Positions 53,446 through 64,000 of a stretch of 64,000 bases of DNA are shown here, piece by piece. Made by a program: the position numbers and the translations under genes. Within the stretch, counting starts at the first letter, position 1; each line of letters starts with the position of its first letter. Source of the DNA: Paramecium tetraurelia (taxonomy: Eukaryota); the NCBI GenBank assembly GCA_000165425.1, contig CT868032.1, forward strand, positions 62,001 through 126,000. The letters run 5' to 3'. The notes beneath the pieces were generated by a model that was given only the letters and a program-made list of their open reading frames with translations, was not told where the DNA came from and ran no database searches.

Positions 53446-53901
53446 ATAAATCAGTAGAAAAAACAAATAAAAAGTATATAATGATTTATATATGTATATG
53501 AATATAAAAACATGATATTAATGTGTGAAAATCAAACATATCCTAATATAAAAAAATAGAATTATTTTAGATTTTACAATTTTATTGTATAAATTGCAGA
53601 TAATAGATAAATTTAAGATTATCATGAATTTAACAATCTTAATATAATTATATATTATTTAAAATATCATTATTTAGATCTTCAATTTATATATTAAATG
53701 ATTTAGAGTATTTTCTTATTTTTTGTTTCTAAAATATTCAAATTTATTTAGAATATTAAATTTTGTTTTAGAAAGTAAATCTAGCTGAGCATTTTTATGT
53801 AAATATCAACATATCTTAATCTGTTTGTTACATTTATTTATTATTTATCAATAAAGCCTAAATGGCCAAGTTAAATGTGCATTGGGTGTTTAATATTTTC
53901 A

Positions 53902-54051
53902 NNNNNNNNNNNNNNNNNNNNNNNNNNNNNNNNNNNNNNNNNNNNNNNNNNNNNNNNNNNNNNNNNNNNNNNNNNNNNNNNNNNNNNNNNNNNNNNNNNN
54001 NNNNNNNNNNNNNNNNNNNNNNNNNNNNNNNNNNNNNNNNNNNNNNNNNNN
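53902..54051. other. Assembly gap (150 N)
   Basis: Run of N characters. Confidence 1.
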
Positions 54052-54149
54052 GATTTATTTAAGTCTATGCATATTTTATTTCAGTCCATATTCTATTTAA
54101 TTGGAAAATCTTTATAGTTTCATTATTATAGTATTTAAATCTCAAGTAC

Positions 54150-56317
54150 GTAATGGAAAATTCTTCTTTTTGCTTTCAGTGTAAATTATCAAAATAAAAT
54201 ATTATTCTGCAGGATATACTTGGAGTCTATAATCTTATAAGATAAGAAGTATTCTTTCCATTTCGTTAATGTCTTTTGTTAATATTGAGGGAATGCTTTA
54301 GCAAAATTGTCGATTTTCAAAAGATTCATTATCCTAAATCTTTGATGCGATAATCTATGATAGAATAAGTATAATACTAATGATATTAACACTATTCTTC
54401 TCCAGGTTTTGGTTCTAGACTATATTTGCTTAGGTTAATAATCTTTCAATATAAACAAGTCAAAGGATAGTAACTTCTTTTTCCATTTTGATGTAATAAT
54501 AATAATAGTTACTTACAACTTCAGCTGTTGATATTCAGTTTTGTAATCAAAATATATCTTTTAGTATTAAATTTTAATCTCTTTATCATCCTCTTCCATT
54601 TCAATAAAATCAAACTTGGATTAGAACAAGGATTATTACTCTTAGCAAGGCATGCTTTGAGAATAATTGCATATTTTTTGAAAATCCTCAATCTGCTGTA
54701 TAGATTCTTCCGAGATGCTATTAACTCGACCCAATTATTTTGCTGTGGTATCATATATTTAGGTTTAATAGGACTAAAGGATTCGTCCTCATTTTATTAT
54801 TCATTGTGATTTAAGTTTAATCATCAATTTCTTCTTCCGAACAGATATCGCAATCTTATTCATTCTACAAATAATCATCATTTTCAAATTGTAATTAATG
54901 AGGAAAACTTTCCTTCGATATTTCTTTAATTTCCTATCTTTTAATATCGAACTCATTTTCATCTTTGCTAAGAGTTTTCTCACTTATTTAGAAAAAAGTT
55001 TTATTCCATTTATTGGTTAAGTTGGTTTTGTCTAATTATTAGATCTATTAAGATTAAAATAATCCCATTTATTGTTACTATTATTCGCTATAGAGATGCA
55101 ATTAAGATGGTTCTTTGATGGGATTTTGAGAAGTATCTTGTTAATTCGTACATATGCCTCGAAATCTAAAATCCATGGAAAAAGGAATGCTAGAATTTTT
55201 CATCATTGAATAATTATTTCTTTTACTAAAATGAATATGCTTCAAAATAGCCCAAGCTAGACAATTACTCATTTCTTCAATATTCAAATTCACAAAAGTT
55301 AAAGTCAATTTTCCAGTATCATATGATAAATACATGTTTCTAATTTATGACATTTGCAATTCTGGTTTATGATCACCTTCTTCATAATTGTTTATTCTTC
55401 TCTTTTAGTTTAATTGTTTTTCTAAATTCTTTAACAACCTTAAGATGATAATTTTATAGTACTTGTTCTCCTTAATTTCTGTAATCAATTTATCATTTTG
55501 AAATTTCCTGATAAGAATAATGTCATCTTTGGCTTATTGTTTTTTGTGCACTCTGTTGCTATCAGGTAGTATGGGTCCTGCTGTTGGCTCTAGAAAATTA
55601 TTAGTTTTTGTTAATATTAGTTTACTGAATAGATTTTGGAGAGTTTAAATTTTAGAATTAAAAATTGTAGTTATGTGCTCTTTATATTTTTCCATTATCT
55701 AATTAAAAACTTTTTTGAATTCATTTTCAGAATCACTCTTTTCTTAGAAAAAATCAAAGGCTATATTAGTGATTTTCATTTGCTTTTATTTATTTAATAC
55801 TGATTATTATCATTAATAAAGTTTTATTCTTTATGTTTGACTCAATTTAGGTTTCTATTGCATAATAGTTTTACTATTTTTTTGCATAGATAGTTTTTCG
55901 AAATTTAGATTAATTCAAAGGAGTTGACAAAGTTGTTTTAATGATTTCTTTAATGTATTTTATTAGTTTCAGAAGTTTAACTTTGTGACCTGGCAACACT
56001 TTGATATAGGTGAACAGATGTTCAATTTCATTTTTAGTAAGCATTGCAAATTTAACTAAATTATACCCATTTCCTCTTGTTATTAGTTGTCATGCATATT
56101 GCTATTATTGATATATTCTCAACATTTTGTATAAAGGGATAGATTCTATGTCTTCTTTTTCTTTATTTGTGAATCCTGAAATGAATGAATTAATAAAGTT
56201 CATTGTTTCATTTACTTTTGTTGATTTGTTTTTATTTGAGATAGGAACTTTAGCTCTGGCAAGTTGTATTCATTTTTCATATAATTTCTAACTTTATTGT
56301 TTTTCCCACTATTTCAT
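54150..56317 (-). pseudogene. Cyclin Y-like pseudogene with N-terminal SAM-like domain
   Basis: KMEKEVTIL*LVYIERLLTQANI, WRRIVLISL, IIASKI, FAKAFPQY, DINEMERIL spread over several frames; SAM-like QYA*QLITRG..IKVLPGHKVKL with in-frame TGA; boundaries approximate. Confidence 0.75.
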
Positions 56318-56487
56318 TTTATTGTATAATTATAATTTCAAATTATTTTCCTCGATAAAAATTAATATATATGTAAGAATTGAATATGCGAGAAGGTGAT
56401 AAAAATAGTTTATTTAATGCTCAACTAAGCAAAGATATATTGAGTATAAATTTTATTGGAATAATATTATAATATATTAATAAATAA

Positions 56488-58706
56488 ATGGATTAGGAAT
56501 ATGACTTGTAATTACAGGTGACCCGTAGTAAAATAAATCAAAAAAGTTCAATACCTAGGTTTGCATTTTAGAACAACCAACAAGATTTTGATGAATCTTT
56601 AAAACATTTATCATTATAATAGACTAGAATTACCTAATTGCCAGATGGGTTGTAGAAACTTAGAAAATTGATATCTTTGAATTTGAATGATAACTACATT
56701 AAATAAATAGATTACAATATTTTAGATGGATTAAAGAACTTAGAAATATTGTTCATCAGAAATAATCTATTATAAGAATTCTAATTTGGGAGATTCCTGC
56801 ATTTGTAATAACTAGATTTATCTCAAAACCATATTAAGAAGATTTGCGCTGAAATAGGAGATTTGTTGCAATTAGACCAATTATTCATTTCCCACAACAG
56901 CTTCGTAGAAATCCCTAAAAGCATTACCAAACTAAAATGTATTAAAATGATTTAAGTAGACACTTTAAATGTTTTCTAATTAGATTGGTTTAAGTATGGG
57001 GATCCAGGAGTTTAAGAGTTGTTTCAATCTTAAGATCTGATATATTAATTATTACATACAATAGAGTTATGCTGCATAGGAGAAACAATATCGGCAAAGT
57101 AATTGTTAAGTTCAATTGCATTTAAACAATTTGCCTTAAAGTATCAGGATAAAGACATATAGATCCAATATAAAATCCATTAGACAATTTTGGATGAAGA
57201 CATTGGGATGCTGAGAACATTCCTTTCTGAACCAAAAAAATTTTAAATTGATGAAATCAATCAAGAAGACTACTCTCCTTTAGGATTGTCGATTTGGGAA
57301 GAGAAATACTTAGCAGCAAGATACTTATTGTATGCAAATGCTGACCCAAATAAAGGAGCGTATGTTTATAATTTATGTATAGTTCATGGGCTAAGAGTTG
57401 TTTGAATATTGCAGTATCAAAATTGTAATATTATCTTGTATTTGATCTAATCAAGCGAAATGTAGGAATGCATGAATTGGATATATATGGTAATAATTGT
57501 ATTCATTACTTATTTTGTGTATATCAAATGAATGAAGTGGAGGCTCAAAAGATTCTTTAATTACTATTAAAAAACGGAGTTAATGGTAATCATATAAATA
57601 ACAATGGTTATACTCCAATTCACCTAGCTGTATCAAAAGGATACATCTAAGTGATTGAGTATATCTATAAACAGAAAGAATACAAATTCAATTTTAGATA
57701 GAAAACCTAAAAATAAAAGCATAATTGTTTACATTTGGCAGTTCTAACAAGGTAGATTTATATTGTCAAATTTTTTATTTATAAATTTCCAGAGTTTATA
57801 TTTTAGAAAGACTACCATGATCTAATTCCAATAGATTATTTAAAAAATGATCTCACTATCTACAAGTATTTAAAGGGCTTTTAAAAAGTGGAAATTCAAC
57901 ATATTCTAACAAAAAATGAGATATTTTATAAATCACAATTATCAGAAGAATGTGATGATATTTTATCGATAAAAGTATAGAGCTTGGCCTAGTTGGATAA
58001 TTTAGGATTAGAAAATAAGATACAAACAACAAGGATTAATGAGATCACAAGATAGATTCCTTTATCTCCTAATAATCTTAAAAGACTAGAGGAGAAAAAC
58101 ACTCTGATGAATCCAAAAGACTCTCAAAGAATTTAGTGCTAGTTATATAAAGGGATTAAAAAGATTGCATATGAATTCGATAGATTATAATATAATAATA
58201 TTGAGAATTTGCTAAATCAAGATCAATTCCAAGAATAGGTTGATGACTTAATTTAAATAAAGAAGCTGCTGTATTAATTAAATTGCATAAAAAATATTAT
58301 CGATTCTAATGAGATCTATAACAAATAATGGCATTTCTAATTGAAAAGCTTGAAATACCAAATTAATAAGTAAATATATAGTGAGAGAAATCTAGAGGAT
58401 TAAAAAAAGGCTTCAAGTTAGCTATTGCAAATCTTCTTAGAAATGATTAAGAAAGTTGAAAATTTATTTAAAAAGAAAGACAATATTGGGAGTTAGTTGC
58501 ATGATTTTATCAGCACATAGTTTCTATCAATTCATTCTGGATTTGGGTTGGGTAAATTAGTAGTGTTTTTGGAACAAATTCTTAAAGAATCTAACTCAGA
58601 TGTGAACCACCTAGAGCTAATCCATATTAAACTTTAATTAAAAAGTTTATTGGTAAAATATAATATTTTCAATTAAAAATAACTAATGAATATATTTACT
58701 ATTTGA
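56488..58706 (+). CDS. LRR + ankyrin-repeat protein
   Basis: LRRs LPDGLQKLRKLISLNLNDNYI, LQQLDLSQNHI, LFISHNSFVEIP; ankyrins DYSPLGLSIWEE..ANADPN, NGYTPIHLAVSKG, NCLHLAV; short introns. Confidence 0.8.
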
Positions 58707-58760
58707 TTTATATGTATTTAGTGACATTAGCATATTATATAAATAATTAACTATACTTAG

Positions 58761-60350
58761 ATGTTGGTTTTTCTAACTCTCTCTCTCGTGCACTCCTTTT
58801 AGTAATACGAAATACTGATAGGATACCCTCAAATTATAGAGTATTATTCTGCTTCAGGGATCATCATAGAACAGAATCTCACATCCTCATCAGAAATCGA
58901 GTTAACTACTTCTCCTTGTTAAGTTGTACCATAGCAACTAATCAATCAGAATATGTTAGACTAGTCATTACCTATCATACCTTAATATTTGCCGGAGTAG
59001 TTTTCCCAATATTTTGATGATGGCCACTTTTTAGGGTTGATACCCCACATCATTTCATTTGTCAATATAGAAAACGATGTGGTTATTTTAACAAATTAAG
59101 CAGAATTAATCTACATTCGATTCCTAAATGAATCCTTCATTGTTTCTGACAAAATTAATCTAAACATTAATGTGACTATATTGCAATATCCTGTTTTTAT
59201 GGAGACGATTAGGAATCAATTGATTATTATCATGTATTCAGACACTGTTGGAATTACATTAGACATCAAATCTGAAAAGATATTTTCAAAATCATTTCGC
59301 ATTTACGAATCATTTAATACGAATAAAATCTTGAGTGTAGCCGTTGTTAATAATATGTTATTTATTGCTATGGGCGTAGGAGGGTTAAAAATATTCTAAT
59401 TAAATGGCCAAATTTTAGGTTCAATTGATTTCGAGTATTAAATTAATAATGCAACTGATCTCAAAGTTTTTCATGAATTTGATGTATATTATATTTACTT
59501 ACTTGATTATGATTTGGGAGTCTCATCCTTCATATACAACCCCAAATCTACCTTAATATACAAGAATGAGAGACTAGATACTATTCCCTATTCTGGAGAT
59601 ATTATTGATATTTATAATAACATTATGATGATTGCCAGTTACTAAGATTAATAAACAATAATTTAGGAAATCTATTTGAACTACACCGATTTTAGTTGGA
59701 AATAAGTTAATAAACATATTGTTAACTCAATTATAGTAGATATTGATATTTTAGATCATGTTGCAATCACTCTAGGTAAAAATGGAAACACAGTTATCTT
59801 CCATTCCATTCCTTCATAATACCAAATCAAATAGCAACACTTTATTATGCCTTCATTGTAAAAATTGAGTTTTATTAAATCAAAAAGTTCATTGTATCTT
59901 CTGGGTGTCAGTCTTCATAATTTCTATTATTCTAAATTAGAATTAAAGTAGAGTTACTTATAATGCTATTTTGAATAGGAATAATAGATTAAATTATCCT
60001 ATTCACACATTTCAGAATGCAAGAAATATAAATCCGGAATTTGTGCTTACACTTAAGAATATTTGATATAATCGATTAAACCAATCATAACGACAGAATA
60101 AAATTTTTTAATTTATTTAATTTTATTCCTTGTAGCTCTAGCCTTTATTACCATAATAGTAATTCTCATAAGAGAGTTCAATAAATATCATGAATTTGTT
60201 CATAATTTAGATCCAATTTGTCCAAAATCAAACGAAATAACTATGTAAACTTTTGAAAGTCCAACTAAAATAATTAAATTCAATTAGACAGGAGCACATA
60301 CTTCATAGTTCTCTATAATCAGTAATATGACCAGATTGTAGTAAGTTTGA
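58761..60350 (+). CDS. Type I membrane protein with beta-rich ectodomain (paralogue A)
   Basis: Signal peptide MLVFLTLSLVHS; NNMLFIAMGVGGLKIF; TM LIYLILFLVALAFITIIVILI followed by REFNKY. Confidence 0.75.
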
Positions 60351-60383
60351 TGAGCGTATTATTTATATTATTATAAATAAATA

Positions 60384-62032
60384 ATGCTGATTTTTTTATT
60401 ACTAATATTTGTGCAAAGTCAGGATTATAATATCTCGGTTGATTCTGAAAAAGTAATTGACAAGTTTGATCAATATGGTGAAATCTTTTATTAGGAAATT
60501 GATTACTAAAATAATTCATTCAAACCATGTCATTTCACTAAACAAAAGTTAGTTCAAAGTACAGGATTAAATATAGATATTGTTGAATCTTTTAATGAAA
60601 CATTCTTCCAGCAGAATTATGAGGAAGGCCATTTAAATGCTAAAATTGATGAAGTCATAGCAGCTGTCACTATTTAAAATGGATCAATTGTTTTGACCAA
60701 ATAGGGAAAATTGTAACATTTACTGATTACTAATACAATCACTTTAGGTAGTTCAATAATGATTAATATTAAGACTGCAAAAAAGGTATATCTAAAATAC
60801 CTTAGCAGAAATAGAGTTTTACTGATAATTGCAGATTAAGAAACTTAAGCATTTCAGCTTTCAAACAAAACAGATGTTTTTCAAGATTCATAAAAACTAA
60901 GGATATATGACTAATTCAACGTTGAGTAAATCTCAAGTATAACTACTGTAAATGATATGGTTTTCATTGCAATGGGTAGATAGGGCATTTAAATGTATTA
61001 ATTTAAAGAAAAGAATTTACAATCAATCTCTTGGGTATTGAATGGTGAATCAAATAACTAGTTTCATGATGTAGTCGACATTAAAGTGTTCTCACAAAAT
61101 TAAGATCAAATCTATACAATTTATATTTTAGATAAGAAATTGGGTGTCTAATAATTTGTTTATAATTCAATAACAACCTTGATCTCCATGAATACTAAAT
61201 TAGGAACAATCCCATTGATTGGGGACATCTTTGATATTAGATAGTCTATTTTAATTATCATAGAGCATCAGCCCTCCTTTTCTTTTGTACACGAAATAAC
61301 ATTAGATTTAACAAACAATACATACAAATAACTTAATAAATATAGAACTTTCAAAGATGTTCAGGATGTTGATATTTTGAATCATTATGTTGTTATATTA
61401 GGTAAGAATGGCCATTAAGTATTAAGGCATTCCCTACCCCAAAGTTTCAATAATTAGTCATCCAATTCAATAATTATACCAAATCTATAATAATTAGATT
61501 ATATTGATTACAAAACAAGGACCATAATATTTGGATTCACTAAACATAAATTCTTTTATTCCTCCATTAGAGAAGTAAACATTTAATTATATACTAGTCT
61601 CCAAGTGTAATTTATTGTTTTTCAAACAACACTGAAGTTCATTAGACAAAGTTTGTTTATAAATAAAAATCAACAAAATGTCCTGATGAACTCAATGTTA
61701 CAAAGGAAGAAATATGTTAGATTCAAAAAGATTATACAGTTAATTTCATTCCCCCAAAAAATGGAGCAGGATATTCTTAATTGATATTAATTTATGGTGT
61801 TGCATTTGTGTTGGGGCTTGGGTTTATGATGTTAAGTTTTCTGTTGTGTAGAGAGTTCAGAAAATACGAACATTTCGTTAAATATAATGAGATGGTAGAC
61901 AACGATTCAATTGGATTGGAGGGATAAAATTCAAATAATTCTTAAGATTCATCCAATTAGAGAAAGTTTGAGAAAATTGAACAAAAAGGATCTTCAATGA
62001 CTCCAGTTGTTTATGAGGAGAAAGATGATTGA
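60384..62032 (+). CDS. Type I membrane protein with beta-rich ectodomain (paralogue B)
   Basis: Signal peptide MLIFLLLIFVQS; NDMVFIAMGRQGIQMY; shared DVDIL.H..LGKNG..HS.P block; TM then REFRKY; one intron near 61578. Confidence 0.75.
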
Positions 62033-62171
62033 TAATATTTTATGTTATTATCAAATTGATTGATTGATAAATAAATGGATTATATTAATTTGGGAACGGA
62101 GAGTAATAATTTTAAAATGATTTTTAAATGTAAAAGAAAAGTTCGAAAGATAGTTGAAATTTATAAGATTA

Positions 62172-63422
62172 ATGAAAAAATAGTAAAGTCCTGAGATGTA
62201 CTTGATAAAGAATGACCAATTTTGGCATTGTTAATTTATATAGTTAAAACCAATAACAATTCAAATTCGGAATGGATTTTTGAATGGCAATATAGAAAAA
62301 CAAGAGACTATAGAAATTTCATTAACTAAGTTCCCAACAATGGAAAGAGGTATTGAAGTGATGAGTGAATAAATCTAGTAAAAATTATAGAAGGGATTTC
62401 GAGAAATCAATAGCAATGATATATTGAAAGCAAACGAGTAACAATTCTAAGAGAAAACTGTTGCATCTTCCAAAAAGGATTTAATGTAATAAAAGATTTT
62501 GAAGAAGGTGAATTTACCAGAATAACGGAAACCGGTGGTGGCATTGACAGATGATGCTACATAGGGGAAGTTAGTGGGTGAATGGCCAAAATATAGAGCC
62601 AGAACTCATTTAGGAGAAACATTGGAACTTGGTCCTCCTGGAGATACAAAACCTATTGCTTGTTTATTGGCTGGACAATGGAATGAGAATATTAATCCAA
62701 CAAATTATTTATTATCTGAGAAATTAGATGGCATGCGTATAATTTGGAGTGGATGTGAAATGTTTACTAGAAATGGTAATTCATTAAACTTCCCTACATC
62801 ATTTGTTGAAGGATGGCCAACTACCTATCTAGACGGAGAATTATGGCTTGACAGAGGATAATTTTAGAAATTGGTTAGCATAGCCAAAAAGAAACAACCT
62901 GATTATAAGGCGTGGAAGGATATCAAATTTATGGTTTTTGATGCTCCTTTATTAGATGAACCTTTTGTGAATCGATATGCCAAATTTAAAAAGGCTATAG
63001 AAAAAATAAAGAATCCTCATCTGGTTTATGTTCCACATGTTGTATGCAGAGGTTATGAACATTTAAAAGAAGAACTAGCCCTTGCTTAACAAGCAGGAGG
63101 AGAAGGATTGATGTTGAGAGACCCATAATCAAAATATGAAGGAAAAAGATCAAACACATTATTAAAAGTCAAAACTACAATGGACTCAGAGGCTACTGTA
63201 ATAGATCACATTAGTGGTATGGGTAAGTTTAAGGATTAATTGGGAGCTTTGAAAGTGTAGACAGATGCAGGTATAACATTTTAGATTGGAGTTGGATTCA
63301 ATAGCAAATTAAGGAAAGATCCTCCAAAGATTGGTTCTAGAGTTTCTTATAGTTATTATGGATTGACTGACGACGGGAAACCAAGATTCCCTGTATTTGA
63401 AAGAATAAGGGAAGACATATGA
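62172..63422 (+). CDS. Minimal ATP-dependent DNA ligase (adenylation + OB domains) with N-terminal WGR-like domain, 416 aa
   Basis: Intronless ORF; motif I SEKLDGMR, III LDGELW, IIIa FMVFDAP, IV GEGLMLR, V LLKVK, OB domain ..GKPRFPVF. Confidence 0.9.
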
Positions 63423-63440
63423 TTTATATAAAATTTATTT

Positions 63441-64000
63441 ATGTTTGAGAAAATAATCGAGAATCTCCTTTAATCAATTTTAGGAGAATACATTGAAGGT
63501 TTGGATCAACAATCCCTGAAGGTTGGACTTTGGAGTGGAGATGCAAAGATTGAGAATCTGAGGTTGAAACCAGAAGCCTTTATCAAATTAGACCTGCCTT
63601 TTATTGTTAAGTATAGCAGATTGGGAACACTTAATTTAAACATCCCTTGGAAAAATTTAGCCAGTGCTCCTATCAAAGCTAACCTAGATACATTATATTT
63701 AATATTAACACCTCAACAAGCCAGTGATTGGAAATTTGGAAGTGTTACAGGAGCAGATAAATTAATTTAAGTTGATTCATTCAAATAGAAATTACTAGAA
63801 AGAATTGCTAATAAAGAATAATAAGATGGGATGATGCAAAGAATTATTATTAGAGTGATTGAAAATCTATAGATACGCATTTAAAATATTCATATCAGAG
63901 TTGAAGATGGATAAATCAGTTATGGTTTTGTATTGTAGAATTTCACCTTGCTTACTGTGAACGAGTAGGGAGTTGAATAATTTATTGATAGGACATCCAA
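63441..64000 (+). CDS. VPS13: VPS13 family lipid transfer protein, Chorein_N (truncated by window edge)
   Basis: MFEKIIENLLQSILGEYIEGLDQQSLKVGLWSGDAKIENLRLK..LDLP..LNIPWKNL..; IENLQIRIQNIHIRVED. Confidence 0.92.

Noticed and set aside
53862..54117. ORFs containing runs of X
   Set aside because: They span the N gap
60348..60442. TGATG stop/start overlap after paralogue A
   Set aside because: The ATG at 60350 closes after ~30 codons; the real next gene starts at 60384 with a signal peptide
689..64000. Apparent clustering of trafficking genes (VSR, COMMD, VPS8, VPS13), and a USP in the same window as the LRGG protein
   Set aside because: They are dispersed among unrelated genes; chance co-occurrence is expected in a gene-dense eukaryotic genome

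Overview
AT-rich, gene-dense ciliate macronuclear DNA, almost certainly Paramecium. TAA/TAG read as Gln, TGA is the only stop, and introns are tiny (~20-30 nt, GT..AG), so the supplied standard-code ORF track is fragmented and I re-read genes by hand. The window holds about 27 protein-coding loci: a vacuolar sorting receptor, COMMD, three divergent Bax-inhibitor-1/TMBIM-like genes, a NEK kinase, a USP47/40-like deubiquitinase, DDX6/Dhh1, a Myb protein, a 7-unit Cys-rich GPI surface antigen, VPS8, a B-box/FN3/SPRY protein overlapping DMAP1 by ATGA, a minimal RSP11, an LRR-ankyrin protein, two tandem membrane paralogues, a WGR-like minimal ATP-dependent DNA ligase and the 5' end of VPS13. It also has stomatin and cyclin-Y-like pseudogenes, and a non-LTR retrotransposon endonuclease remnant plus minisatellite beside a 150-N gap. 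The standout is a ~12.8-kb NLR-like gene (NACHT + pentapeptide-like + very long WD40 array). Its N-terminus carries a ubiquitin-type LRGG followed immediately by a cryptic GCGGSKKK acylation signal, suggesting a cleave-then-lipidate activation or targeting switch. All translations are manual and no database searches were run.
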